64,000 bases of DNA from Setoptus koraiensis (Eukaryota > Animalia > Arthropoda): positions 23,498,001-23,562,000 of the forward strand of contig CM106586.1 of NCBI GenBank assembly GCA_048013815.1, given 5' to 3'. The notes under the pieces were generated by a model. That model was not told the DNA's origin. It searched no databases and saw only the letters and a program-made list of their open reading frames with translations. The translations under genes and the position numbers were made by a program. Of this stretch, positions 26,631 through 41,122 are shown in pieces; position 1 is the first letter of the stretch; the number at the start of each line of letters is the position of its first letter.

Positions 26631-29029
26631 ATCATGCATACAATCGTATAAAGTGAAGTGTGTGTCGATAAAACGACCCAGAGCCCAGTATCACAACCGT
26701 TGTACATAGATAGATGAGGCGCCGTGCTCAGTGCAACGCTCGACCATGATACCATATATCCATCTGGCGGCGATGATAGCGACGATATTTGTGGCAGTTG
26801 GCGTTTCGCTGGCATTCAATTTGCGCCACCGCCGGCCATCTCTGCTCGCCAAGTGTCGCTCGTGTGCCCGCTCATCTGTGCGTTGGCTCGATTGGTTGTT
26901 CGGTGCGCGGGCTGGTGCCCGAAGCCGCATCGGAGGCATTCGAAGTTCGCAGCTCGAACGGCTCGAAGTTCGGGGTTCGCAGTTTGAGGTTCGCAGTTCG
27001 AGGCTCGAAGTTCGAACGGCTCGAAGTGGAGCGGTTGCGGCGCTCTGTGCTGGCTTCTCCACTCAGTGGCCGCCGTCGGCGGGCGAGTTCGAATTCGATC
27101 AGATGGCCGCCGCAGAGAGTGCCAAAGGCAACAAAAGAACAACAACAACAACAGACGAATAAAATGTCAGTGGCAAGCAGTGAAAAGTCACACAAACTGA
27201 CAGAGAGACAAACATTCACGTCATAGGCAACAGCACGTATACATTAATCACTAATAACAACAACACAGCGGCGGCAGCGACACGAATTATCAAGCAATCG
27301 CCCAATATAGGGCCTATATTTGCACTAGTTTCGCGACTGGCAGTCGCACGTAGCAGCAGATACGACAACACGCACACGCACAGCGGCTGCTGGCTTCGCG
27401 GATGCTCCAGTTCTATCATATGAATACGTAATATGTGTGCGTATGAATGCAGAGACATCGCGGAGATAAAATAAAATATCGGGATAAATTCGGCAACGAG
27501 TGTGAGAACAGTGCGCGCAGCACAATGTCGGCACAGTGCAACAAAGTCAAACTGAGATATGGGCGCGTTAAAATCAATCAGTGGCACCCTAATCTAATCT
27601 ATATTCTCGCCGGCTCGCGGCGCTGCGTGCGTCACGTCAAGCCGACACATCGCCGACATTGGGAGGCTGGCACGAGCTGTAGATGATACACTTTTGTTTG
27701 TGTGTCTCGTGGCCAGTGGCATACATCAAACATAAGCAGACAAATAAACAGAGGCGAACCCGTTGTGGCGCTGCTGACGAGCGATAAACAACAAGCCAAC
27801 GGCCAACGGAATCAAGAGATAAGAGATATGAGAGGCTGCTTGTGCGTTCGTGCTCGCTAACAGTGCGCTCTCACTGGGCCCCCACTAACAACATGATGAC
27901 GCTAATGATGGCGATAACTCAAGCATGCAGCGAGAGAAACATTGTTCATTTAGACAGCGCGCGCCACTATTCGCGCCTATATCTGCAAGCCCGGCGGCGC
28001 GCCCCAATTGAAAGCGCCGCCACTCTCTGTTACACAGTGTGTGTGTGTCAGACAAACACATTCAAACCACTATTGCATCATCAGATTAGCGGGCCCCAGC
28101 TCGGCACGCGCAGATACAGCCTGCATAGATGCTGAGGCTTGCAGAGGATCGGCCCACGCGAGCGCCATCCATTTACATCACGATTAGTCTCACAAAGTCA
28201 CAATCGCTTCCTTTCACACAAACTCTCACTGAATCACACTGACAGCTGAGCGCGCTCCAATGCTTTCGAGCTCTCGTCGTCTTGTTGTCGTTGTTGTCGC
28301 TGTTGCTGCTGTTGTTGCTGTTGTTGCTGTTGTTGCTGCTGTTGTTGCTGCTGTTGTTGCCACTGCTGTTGTCGGCGTCTTTCTCGCTGTTGTCGAGGCT
28401 AGGAGTCGATAAAGTCGCCAGAATCCCACAAAACGAGACGAGACGAAACGAAACAAGTGTGTGTGTGCATGTAGCACTCATTTTCTAACAGAGATTATCT
28501 AATCTTCTTGCGGTTGCCACCATTCTCATCACTGCTACCGAGCATGGACACGATGCATATTATTATATCGATGTAAACAAAAATGTCAATCTGTTCAAGT
28601 GGGCTGCAAATAGAAAGCAAACCAGAAATCTAACTAACGCGTTGGCGGCGACATCTACCAGCAAAATATAAAACTTCTATGCTCAATACGAAATTCCAAC
28701 CGACCAATAGCATACAAGTTGTAATATCCGCTGCTGTTACGGGTGCCGTATTCGTCATTATTACATCCGTTAGAAGTTAATTCATAGCTATTCGCGGGAG
28801 TTGTGAAGAAGCTTCGGATTCAGTTGGGATTGGGGGGGGGGACTTCTCAATGACAAAAGCGCCCGCTTGCCCACCCCTTTTTCACAGTCCGATCTCCAGA
28901 AAAACCCAGTTGAGACGTGATATCAGATGATTCATGTTAACACACCCTGTTTTTAGGTTTTTATGGCAGAAGAAATCTACGTTCAGTAAAGTAGGTATGA
29001 AACAAACGGGTCCAAACTATGTATCTGGG

Positions 29030-30121
29030 GGGATACTGCCGTTTCATAGGCGAACGGATTTCATTTTCGTGCGCTTCTTCGACGCACAATCCAACGAACG
29101 GACACTTCGTAAAACGAGTATTTCGTGGTCGTACATTTCATACACATACGATCCGATGCTAGAGGATCATCACTGTGAGAGAAGATGCGAATTTTTAGGT
29201 CTTATCATCAGTGTCGCCAATAATCACATCATAAAAGGTGTCTTGAAACAATGGCGACATAAAGCATCGCAATACACAATTTTCGAAGAATTCGGGGCTA
29301 ACTCTGGAAAAAAAATATCGTTTCAATCGTGCAAACTAAGACAACAATGACCAATCTACTTTTGTTGACCTAGCCACATTGCAGAATGTCTTATGCGAGA
29401 CAGATTGAGCGAGTTATCGAAGATATCACTCGATACCTGGACGAATCTGGTTCAGCTATGTACCAACTCTCACTTGAACGGCTGAATCAGCATAGACATT
29501 TACTCACATACTCGCATAGCCACACAGTAATAGTGTATGAAGTTCGAGAAACACACGAATTGAATCAAATTACTGTAATTAGATCACACACACATAAGTG
29601 TTTCTATTACCTACAACCAATTAAATTATTGGTTTGCTACCAACTAACATCCGCAGTAGTGTCCACTAAGACTAAGACTATGTGTGAATCAATATATTCG
29701 ATGCGATATGATATATCAGCATAATATGTGGCACATATTATATTGATACTAGGGAATAAACAAGAGAGAGAGAGAGGGAATATCTTGAAACTTGATTGGC
29801 GGATGCGAACATGGTCGCGCCATCTATGGGCGATCCCATCAAACCGATCCGCAAACAATTGTACAGCGCAGTCTAGGCAACGGACGGCAGCTAGTGGCAC
29901 TTTCAAACAATTCTCACCGAACACACTGGTAGCTGAGTGGTTTCTCCGCATTACGTAACAGAGCGCACATTTTCGATGTAACTTGCAATGAGCTATCACA
30001 TGATCTCATCGAACAATTGATACATGTGTTTTTTTTACTTAAATCCACTACTCTAATTACACTACATCTCTTATTCACATAACACAAGCTTATTTATTGG
30101 TGGCGATTGATCCTCTCAAGT
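29030..30121. mobile_element. Dispersed repeat family 1, longest copy (probable non-autonomous or decayed transposon; family unidentified)
   Basis: The left part matches 24492..24979 and the right part matches 13050..13641, both in direct orientation with high similarity. No TIR, LTR or TSD was recognised. Confidence 0.65.
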
Positions 30122-30606
30122 AGTGTTGTGGAACGATCGCTCGCTCCGAGCGAAAAATTTGCTCCAAGATCGCTCGCAAGTTGTGAGTTATGGAACCCGC
30201 AAAGTTTGATGAAATTGTCACATTAGACAACAAGTATACGTTCCATCGTGAATACTCTAAATTAAGTGTACCGTCGATGGGATGTACTTTCATCATGTAT
30301 ACTTTCTGTGAAGTTTAGATTGATGAGACGACCCAGGCCCCTTCCAGAGTCATTACTCAACCTAAGAAAAATTTCATATTGGGACAGATTCTGGTTTGCC
30401 TACCTACTCTCTATGGGCTGTAGACATTCTGGCACTTCATTGAGTTGCCTCAGATGCATTCGATTGTAGGCCACCATCAATCGGGTCATGTGCCCCAATA
30501 AAACTTGCCACCAACATTAGAATAGCGAATGAAAAAAGCCCCGGAGCGCCCTCTAGAGTTTGTTTTCGGTCACAATATCAACTTGAGATTCTCGAGCCCT
30601 CATCCC

Positions 30607-30631
30607 CTGGCGCTAGTAGCGCCATCTGGCG
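30607..30631 (-). promoter_or_regulatory. CTCF-like motif (CGCCAGATGGCGCTA)
   Basis: By-eye consensus match downstream of the Antp stop codon. Confidence 0.4.
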
Positions 30632-31564
30632 TCGACTCTAGAGGCTCGTCCCAAGTTTTTCAATCTCAAAACTACTAGCTCATGGTTTTTTTTCTTCGAA
30701 ATGAAAGGTGTTCACAACATGTGAACAAGGATATTTCAGCGAAAAAACAATCAGAATGTGTAATTTTATTCGTTTGATTTCACTTGTGTTTTATTGTGCT
30801 TGTTTGTGCAATATCAACCTGATTGTTGTCAACATCTGTATATTTTCTGCTTGATATTCAATATAATTTAATCAATATAGGCTCTTAGACCTTTGATTTT
30901 TTGCTTGTGTGTGTGTGTGTGCTTGTGTGTTGATACAGATGATCATATTGTGATGATATTAAATACTGAAACATTGATTTTTCTATTCATTTGATTTCTA
31001 CTTCCGGTTTCATTTTCCTACTTTTTTCCTGTGTCGTTTGTCATGTGTATGAATGAGGATGTGTTCGTGTGACTCGCACATTATATCGGCGCGAATTATC
31101 TCATTTTTATATTTTTTAATGAGCAAACATGATATAACAGATGATATGTAAAAATCATCAACATCTGAAGATCTATTCACTCCAATTATAATTTGCGCAA
31201 ATGGATGAGTGAGTGCGATATGGAGTGAGAGATTGTGGGGAATAACCAGCGCTATTTAGAACTAGATTAATACTAATGACTTTTTTCATATATACTGTTT
31301 TACACTGACACATTTACATAGTTGGTTTACAGATAGATAGCGATACAAGTTGGTATAATTGTGTGTATACAAGGGTATGATATATCTTTGTATAATATGT
31401 TATGATGTGGGGGTGGGTGATGATTTAGAGATTTGCGCCGAATGAGAAGTAAAGTTGCCAATGTTTTGTTTTTAAAATGAGAATAGAGGAATTAAATATG
31501 GATCGAAATCGATTATTGACCATCGACCACTAATCATCATGATCTAAATGATCCAATCGATCCA

Positions 31565-31565
<1 letters not shown>

Positions 31566-31622
<57 letters not shown>
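31566..31622. repeat. (GT)n microsatellite
   Basis: Direct inspection. Confidence 0.95.
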
Positions 31623-31625
<3 letters not shown>

Positions 31626-32947
31626 TTTGTTGGCGAGCTTATTTCAGCGAACAGTAGTAGCGGATGTGATGCAATCAAGTAATAATGTCAACAAATCTGT
31701 GTACAATCTGTATCCATGTATGAATTCATTGAGTAATATTGTTGCGCAATATATTTGGTGTCTCTTGCTGTTCCTCTATAGAACTTTGTTTTGTTTTGTC
31801 ACTTGTCACTGTTCTTGTCGTCGTACGATAATACGATTAATGTTAATAGTAATAATAACCTAATAAGATCCTTCAATTTCTATCTCATTCAAATCAATGG
31901 TGAAATATATAATAGCAATATATATCTGTATGAGATGAGCTTAACTAGACTGATTCTGTTCGACTCGCACTAATCATATTTTATTGATGATAAGCTGCCA
32001 ATTGTTTCGAACATCGGCCCAGCGTGGATATCGACGAATATGATTTGAATTGATCTGATTGATGGGCCGTGATGAATGTGTGAGTTTATTTGACTTGAGA
32101 TTATTTGATGTATGGGCCAACCTCTTGGTGAGCACGAGTCGCCTATATCACCGATGGGCAACCTATGGCGGGCCTATAACCATAGCAATATTGTCGATGC
32201 AAGCACAACTCAGTTGCTTTAAGGCTGCATATTTCTCTCGTTCGAACTGTCTCGAACAATATCTTGACGGTGTCTCGGTTGGTAATGGTCATTAGTTGTT
32301 GTTGTTGTTGTGAAATATGCAAACGGATCTGGGCCAGACGAGTGATTTTTGTGTTGTGTGCCAGGTTTCGACGCGATATAGACGCGCGATCAACAGCGCG
32401 CTCTGTGCGATAATATCTGTGCCCCAAACTGACCACTTTCAGATCAGACCAGAATCAATCAACAATTGAATCCTACGAGTGTGTTTTTGGCGATTCCAAG
32501 CAAGCACCCGCTCGACATCAATTAGCCTAATCGACGAATTGAATCTAGCAAAAATCACGCTGTTATGTCCGGCATAAAATGGTCAGTTTCGGCAAGTAAA
32601 ACGTCAGTTCGGGCTCCACATGCTGATCGACACGAGACGGTCGTCATGGCTTTCGGCCCTGTCCGTGGTCAGCCATCGACAGCTACAACTGGACCGACCT
32701 GAATGCTCCAGTTAGGCTAATCAAAACCAGATCTGATAACACCAATTTGCCGGTGCAATTAACTCTGCCCTCGGGCTACCAAATCGTCAATAGGTTGCGA
32801 GTATAGCTATTGCTTGCGCGCCCAAAAGGTTGCCTGAAAGAACAAGGTGCGATTGTGTGTGTGGGTGTGTGTGGGTGTGTATGTGTGTGTGTTTGTGTTT
32901 GTCTGTTTGTTTGCGAGTCCATGTCAATATTATTAAATTTAATTGGA

Positions 32948-33700
<753 letters not shown>

Positions 33701-36700
33701 TCAGACATTACAGTTATTATATTGCAGTGATTGAAGATTATAGTTATTATGTTGTAGTGATTGCAGAATATAGTTGCAGTGGATAAAATAATTTATTTTA
33801 AAAATCTAATTAGTCAGCCCGCATCAAAGCCATCAGTGATTATTCAAAATTAGTGTGTCGCCGACACAAAGATTGCATCATAATTACATTATCATCCATC
33901 GATACATTATCATACATCATTCACAGCATCAGCCTACCGTGATTCATCGAGTTATAATTGTCGATCGGCGAGAGTTATTATTAGTTGTTATTATCGCTAT
34001 TATAGAAAGTGCTCAAATTATAGTGTCGGCTACCGAAAAATTTGCCCGCTACTATGTGTGCCGAAACGCCAACGCGACATAGAAACGGAAGCGTCCTGAG
34101 AAAGCATCTCTTGTCGCCTGCCGATTGTCAATCGAGGCCCCAGAAGCAGAAGAAAAAGAATCTTTCTCATCACGACTGTGTTGGTCCTATATTGGCGCAA
34201 CTGTTTCCAAGTTTGCGTTGCCTCTCTCTCTCTCCCTCTGTGCTGCCCGTGAACTCTCACCCTCTATTACGTTATTACTTCATTACGTAATACGCAACGT
34301 GAGCATTGCTGCAAAGTTACGTTGTATATATCGGGCTGCTATCATTTTAGCCGATTGTATTATCGATGTGATCACATTGATGTGTTAGTGCATCGCTTTA
34401 GAACACGTGCTGCCGACGCAATCGGTGTGTTATCCCATTATAAATGAAATATTAGTTGCTACACGAGCTGGCTGTGGTGGCGCCTACTCAAGTGTTTGTG
34501 TCAGCCAGCCCAGCCAGCCAGCCGGACAGCCAGCCAGAACGCATATTAAGAGGCCCGACCGCCGGCAACACCGTGGCCGGCGCTTAGAGGCCACTATACC
34601 GCCAACTATAGGCTCAGTAGCGGACTCTCTAAGCCCCCTGGCAATCTCTACTTGAGTTTGCTCTCTGAGCATGGATTTAGATTTGGTATTTGGATGGATG
34701 GGGCCCGGCTCGAGTTTCCCTGTGGCCATTGGTGTGTCGAGCTGCAGCTGGCCCCATTCTGTGGCAACATCTCCGGCTGAGACTTTGTGGAGACTGTGGC
34801 GCAAAGCGGTCGGTGTTAGTGGAGACATCAATTTTGTTAATGCAATTCTCCTCGTTTGCCGCTCAGCTTGCGCAACGAAACAAGCAGCCGAGACAGCGAG
34901 CAAAGTCGAGCAACGCAGCGCCGGCGAGCATCACCGCCGCCAAGCGATATTTATTGTGCCAAGATTGTGTGTTCAATGTAGCAGAAACTGGCTGGCCAGC
35001 GCATGGGGCCGCCACATATTTCAGGCTGGCAGCAAACGAAACCGCTGGCACTTGTATAACTTACGGACTACGAGCATTGCTCGGCCGAGGAGAGCGCCGC
35101 CGGCACATAGCCAGTGATCCAGATAATGTTGGCTGCAAAGACGCGCCGGCATAATAAGGCCGGGCTCTGGCTGGCCGCGCTCTTGCTGGCCGCGCTCGGA
35201 TGAAGGTCCGCTCTCGGCTGGCCCCAATACGGGCGCCGCTTGCTGGCGATTAAATGAGACAAGATGAGATCTACGAGCCGTCTCGAGAACAACAACAACT
35301 TGCGTTTGCTTGCATTGTGGCCTATAACAAGAAAAGTGTTTCTTTCTTTCTTTGCTCGCCGGGCTGGTCGCGCCAAATAACTAAGGTGAGGTGACGACCG
35401 CTCGCCATTCTTCCATTCTTTCGCTCGCTCGTTCGCTTGCTGTCCAATCTAATCTCGATGCGTTTCTTTTGGTGGCCTTTCGGTTGGCAGGCCGCTCATC
35501 TACTGGGATCTGGGACTCGATGCCCACTGATCTGGCTGTCTCATCTTGTGTTCATCTTTGTGTGTGTCGCGTGAACGATACGACTCGAATTTTGGCCGTA
35601 TCGCGGCAACCGGGCAGCGGCATGCCGGCGCTCAGCTGCTGGCCGCTGCAATTATCGAGATTGGCCGAAACGAGCCGAAAAATTCCTTCTTCGCTATCTT
35701 GTTGCGAGCTCATGGCAGCGGCGCGATATCCATCAGATTGCACCCTGCAAACACACGAACAACACACTGTTGGACACAACACTGTCAGTGCACGACCGAC
35801 GGTGTTGTCGACGAGCAGCAACGGTGCAGCCGAGAAGCAAAGAAAACAACGGACACAGCCAAAAGAACGCTCAGTGGCCACTTCATGCTTCTTGATAGTT
35901 TGCCAAAGGAAAAAGATCCATCGCTAATGAGCAGCAGCGGCGGCGGCGGCAACGGCGACCTCCGTATACCGACCGACCGACAGAAATAATGATGTCGACC
36001 CACCAATTGCGGCGCTGCTCTTATTTCTATTCTCAACGCGTCAGCTCGCTTCTATATAGAGCGGCAGCAGCAGCAGCAGCAGTGTATCAAATATAGCGAG
36101 AGAGCGACAACTAACGATTCTGTTGGCTGTTGCAGCGGGCAAAGAATGCTGTTTGCTCTAATTCGAATTAGCGAGTTCCGAGCCCAGTTACCGAACGACC
36201 GGCCAACGCCACGCCACCGGCCCTGGCAAACAAACTTGCAGCCATGGACAAAACAGGCCATCTTATACGTGACTACATCACACACTGGGCGACACACCGA
36301 GGGTATCACGCAAACGGGCCAGCGTGCCAACAGTACTGGCCGGATAATAAGCCGCTATGTCCGACTATGCCGTGTATGGCTGCGGTGCCAGCATTTGGAT
36401 CAGCGCCGCTGAGAACGCTCCCGAGCCTTAGAAGCTCCGAAGCGTCAACGGACGAGCGAGCGAATCAAATGGCCAACGAACCAACCAACGAACCAAAGAA
36501 CGCACCGAACAACGCAACGGGAGCACACACCGAAGCGAAGAATCGAATTTGATATCTGTTGGTGGTTGCGTCCCTTCGAATTAGAGCACACACAGTCGCT
36601 GCAGTCGTTGTACGTGTTTGCTGGACAACAAAACTCCAGCATCGTTTATCAGCTGCCGTCGCTTCTTTCGCTAGAACAGAAATTGGAACGAACACGAAAT

Positions 36701-39700
36701 AAAGAATTGACCCTATAAAAGGCGAATTTTCGCTCGCTCTATTTCTTTTTTCATCATTTTCAACTCGCTCGAAATCTTGTGCAGGCCGTCGGCAGCGAGG
36801 CCGCACCATTCGATGACCGGTCAAATGTCGTCGTGAGACAGCTCACAATCAAAGAATTGCGATTGTCCAGCTATCAATAGTATCAATCTAATTAATTATT
36901 GCACTTAACACACGGGCACGCAGACGACAGTGCAGACTAATTATCCTGTCGCACACACTTATCTTGCGCAACACTTTTCTCCACTTTTGTCTCACTTTGA
37001 CGTTTGTCTTTATTCGCATGACACAATCAAATGATGATTATAATGGCCATGACGCAACCGACGCTTCTGTCCGTTCTGTCGTGTGTTCCGAAATCGAATG
37101 AATTTTCCATTCAAACGCACACAAGTTTGAAAGGCCAACAACCAAGGATGGCGAAAAAATCGGACTTCGGACGGTCAGTGTGACCAGTGAGACCAAATGA
37201 GATGACTGGCAACGGAGAGCAGGCAGTATCGATTAGCGACAGGAGCTCCATCGGAGACATGCAAGACAAGACTGATTAGATTAACCTTAATGAACTTCAA
37301 CAGAATCAAGAAAAAGAATGCAAGCTGCCAGAGGGGCATCAATTAGATTTATTGCGGAGCTTTTGTAACGAAAGCAGCGCAACTGAAAAAGTTGTGCGCA
37401 ATAAATCTAAGCGCTGCACCGGCAGCAATTAAATTATTGCTCTGCTAATTAAAATCGCATGTCACTTGCCAAACAAAAATAATTGGCTCGAGGGCGAATG
37501 TTTGATTTGTTGCCATTGTCAATGTGTGTCATGATTAAGTGAGCGATTTGAAATATTAGCCACCGCTCGCAGTCCATTCCGAGGACATTTATTAACCATA
37601 CTGAAGATGGCAACGGCTCTTGAGGTGTGTGTGATGATTATTTGTATTTGTGGGCAATTAATTAATTTGTTCGTAACACCAAGAATTGTAATTGTTATCA
37701 GCATCATATGTATTTGTAGATTGTATAGGCGCATTATGAAACTTGAACCTTTTTACGCAATGCGTATGATTATTGAAATGAGGCTGGCTGCGAATATAAA
37801 TAACTCTGGTAAATTGTGTCGAAATTGTGCCGATATAGGTCAGCTTGTGTGAGTTTTCACACGATGCTGCTGTTGAATATAATTTGTCCTGCAAACAAAA
37901 TTTTTGTTTTGTTTTTCGAGCCGGCACTCGTCTCGACCCTAAGAATTCGATAGTTTCAGACAATGGATGTGTCGCTATAAACAAAAGCAATGCATTTCTA
38001 ATGAGCTTTCGAAAGAATTTCTATCAGCAACGATCACAGTGCACAGGCCACAATGTGACACCTTGTCGCCAGTTGCGTTTATTCTGGCCGGCAGATCCAA
38101 CTAAATGAAATATACAGTGTATAGTAATTGAACAGCAACGAAAAAAAAATATCAATTTACTCAAACTATTTGAATTTGTTTTTGCTCGTTCACTTCACTA
38201 AATATACCACTGAGAATCCTTTGAAAATTCTATAGTGCAATGAGAATTTATTCCTCGACTGGCAGCACGTATAGCGTGTATCATTACTATATGTTATATC
38301 GTTATTAGGTTGGCCTGTTGTATGTAAACAACAACTTGAGAGTTGATATGGCAACGAGTTTACTGCGGACCTCAAATTCAAATTGAATCTATCAATCTAT
38401 CTATCTATTTGCATCCTTCAGCTGAGCTCTTTTTCTTTTTACATCTCACTCTTTGCCTTAGCACCATTAAACGATGGCAGCGCCAAACGACAGTAGTAAC
38501 CAAATCATTTCATTCTGTTTGTGTGTGTGACATGTCCCTCGAGTGGCATACATATGAGTTTGTTATATAGGTTGGTTGTTGCGTAACTTGTGCGAGAGTT
38601 GAACAGCTTATAAGTTGGAGAATACATATATATATATATATATACATATTGAGAAGGTCACTGAGATGAGACGCTTGTTTGCTGAGACGTTTGAGACGGC
38701 GTTATTGTTGCGCGCGTCCACAGAGAGCGTTGCGTTCGAGCGAACAGCGGCTCGGTTGTGCTCCGATTCGAATTGGCGTATGCCAACTTGGCTGGAACGG
38801 AGCGAATGCGTTCGAGATAATGAGGAAACGCAAACTATTTATCATAGGCTGATGACGTCAGAATCAAACTCGCAGCTAGCAGTATCAGCGTGCCAGAAAG
38901 CGCGCCAGAAAGAGCGAGCCAACAACAAAACAACGGCACCAACTGCTTTTAATAGAAATTGATAGTTGCTCTATATATAACACAAACACTATACTATGTT
39001 CTAATACTTGTTTGTGTGTGTGTCGAATAACCGAACAGAGAAGAGGAGCCCCAAAACGATAATCACATTATCCATCTGGCGCGCTGGTGTTTGCGAGTTA
39101 GACAAGAGCGAGCTGCCACTCATTAATAATGGGAACCGCTGGCGCTGTTTGCAGAGTTACGTCGGCCGTCGGGCACAGTTACGTCGGCCGGCGTGCACAG
39201 TTACGTCAGCGGCGGTCACGACGACGACGACGACGAATTAATGGATGACGCATATATAGTGTACGCAGCGGCGGATACCTAGTGGCCAGTGTGGCCTATA
39301 GCACTCAATCTTGCTTGCCAAGTTGGGGCCACAAACTATTTGATGCTGTTGTTGTTTGGCTGGCTGGCCGACTGGCTGGCCGGCCGTGGCTGTTGTTGTC
39401 GCTTCACTTGATTAAGAGCAACAACGAAATTGGGCATTGTTTGTGCACACATTGCCCAACGACGGCCATCGTTGGACGCCAACAACAAAAACGGGACAAC
39501 ACTATAAAAGTGTGCACTATGTTCTTTCGAGATGATGATCCAATTATTCAAGTGGCGCCTATTGTTGTTATTGGGGGCCCGCTACTGTCGTCGACGCACC
39601 AGCTAGCGCCACTCATATGTATGCATACATACGTCTCGTCCAACTCGCTCTCACGCGCTCATTTTCTCCCTCTCTCTCGCTTCCTTTCTCGGCTCCCCAA

Positions 39701-39854
39701 GTCCCGCTAATAGAATAGTATCACACTATTACTACTGGCCAGCTGGACCACGCCGGAGTAAACAATGACGGCAAATACCCCAAAATAGACTGATATCACA
39801 CGGTGAGAGAACGCGCCATATGGCGCTCGCCAGAGAGCTTGTCGGCTTGGCGCC

Positions 39855-39921
39855 GACACTGCCATCTATGCGACACTACCCGAATCAGTCCGAAACACAA
39901 TAGCCACCAACAGGTGGCGCC
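39855..39921. promoter_or_regulatory. Pair of CTCF-like motifs (CATAGATGGCAGT on minus; CCAACAGGTGGCGCC on plus)
   Basis: By-eye consensus matches in the Antp intron. Confidence 0.35.
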
Positions 39922-41030
39922 TCTGTACCCGTGTAGATTTATTCCGACAGAATGGACCGGAACCGAAAAATGCATTGAAACTGCCTAATTACAAGTTTCG
40001 CTGCTCACTGAAACACTCGAGGCTGTGTCACTTATGACGGGTCTGATGGGGTTTGACCCAAAGTCTCGAATGTCACAAATCGATATGTCGGAATCTCAAG
40101 TGTTACAGTAGGAGCACCTCAGTGCTAATGCGGAAATGTGGAGTGCGAAATTTTTTCTTTTGACCATTCGCATGCAGTTAAGAACTGAGATTTCAATATA
40201 TTTTAACACAACTTTGGTGAATAAAACTAATTCCAATGATACACATTCTAAGATATGCGTCGCTTTCGTCGAAAGAAATTTTCGTCATTCAGCACTTGCC
40301 GACGAGAGAGGCCATCCGCCCCAACTTCGAACTTTGAAGAGACAAGATTCTGATAAAGATAAACAGAGTTCGGGATTTAAATATATTTCAATCAATAATA
40401 TCGGCTATCTGCCGAATCGGCGTTGCCATCTTTCGGCTTTATGGTATTATTAGTCGGCATTATCCTATATCAATCACCTTTCAAGCATCTTCCGTGCTGA
40501 ATGTTGCAAGCCTCTCTTGCAATACATAACGTCAAGATTGTTCTATATATAATTATTATATATGAAATAACCTATACAATTAGTTATTGTTACCCATATT
40601 TTTATATTATTACCGAATTCTGTAATCACCGATGGTGGAGTGATTCATCTGATTTTCACACAGTTCACTTTTCTGCTTGATTGGGGCGTTGTAAGGACAT
40701 TATTTTTCACCGTTTCTGCCGAATTATCGAGTTTTGAGGGTCTTCACCGAAAAAAAATGACGAATAGTGTTAGCTAGCTTTGACTATGCATTTTTCTGTG
40801 ACCCCAGCGCCCCTGGCGTTTTTTTCGATAGAAATCAAGTTTTTGACGAAAAACTTTGAGCGAACCCAGTTTTCACCGAAATACTGCCATGATCTTGCGA
40901 GAAACACCGACAACACAGAAATACGTTCAAGTTTTCACCGGAATTTTTCGTTAATAATCGCCGATTTGGTTGGCCCTGGTTAGTAGTCAACATCGGCCAC
41001 AATAACCCAGGATAGAAATTTAGCTGGCTG

Positions 41031-41122
41031 TAGTGGCGCCACCTGTTGGTAGTCTGTTGAACTGCGTAAACTTTGTATGCCTTTTTGGCGCTCATAGATG
41101 GCAGTAGCGGCGCCATCTCGAT
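41031..41122. promoter_or_regulatory. Cluster of three CTCF-like motifs
   Basis: CAACAGGTGGCGCC (minus), TAGATGGCAGTA (plus) and CGAGATGGCGCC (minus) within about 90 bp. Confidence 0.35.

Noticed and set aside
29021-29036. Helitron call for repeat family 1 based on the terminal hairpin
   Set aside because: No consistent CTRR terminus after the hairpin in both copies and no Rep/helicase similarity recognised.
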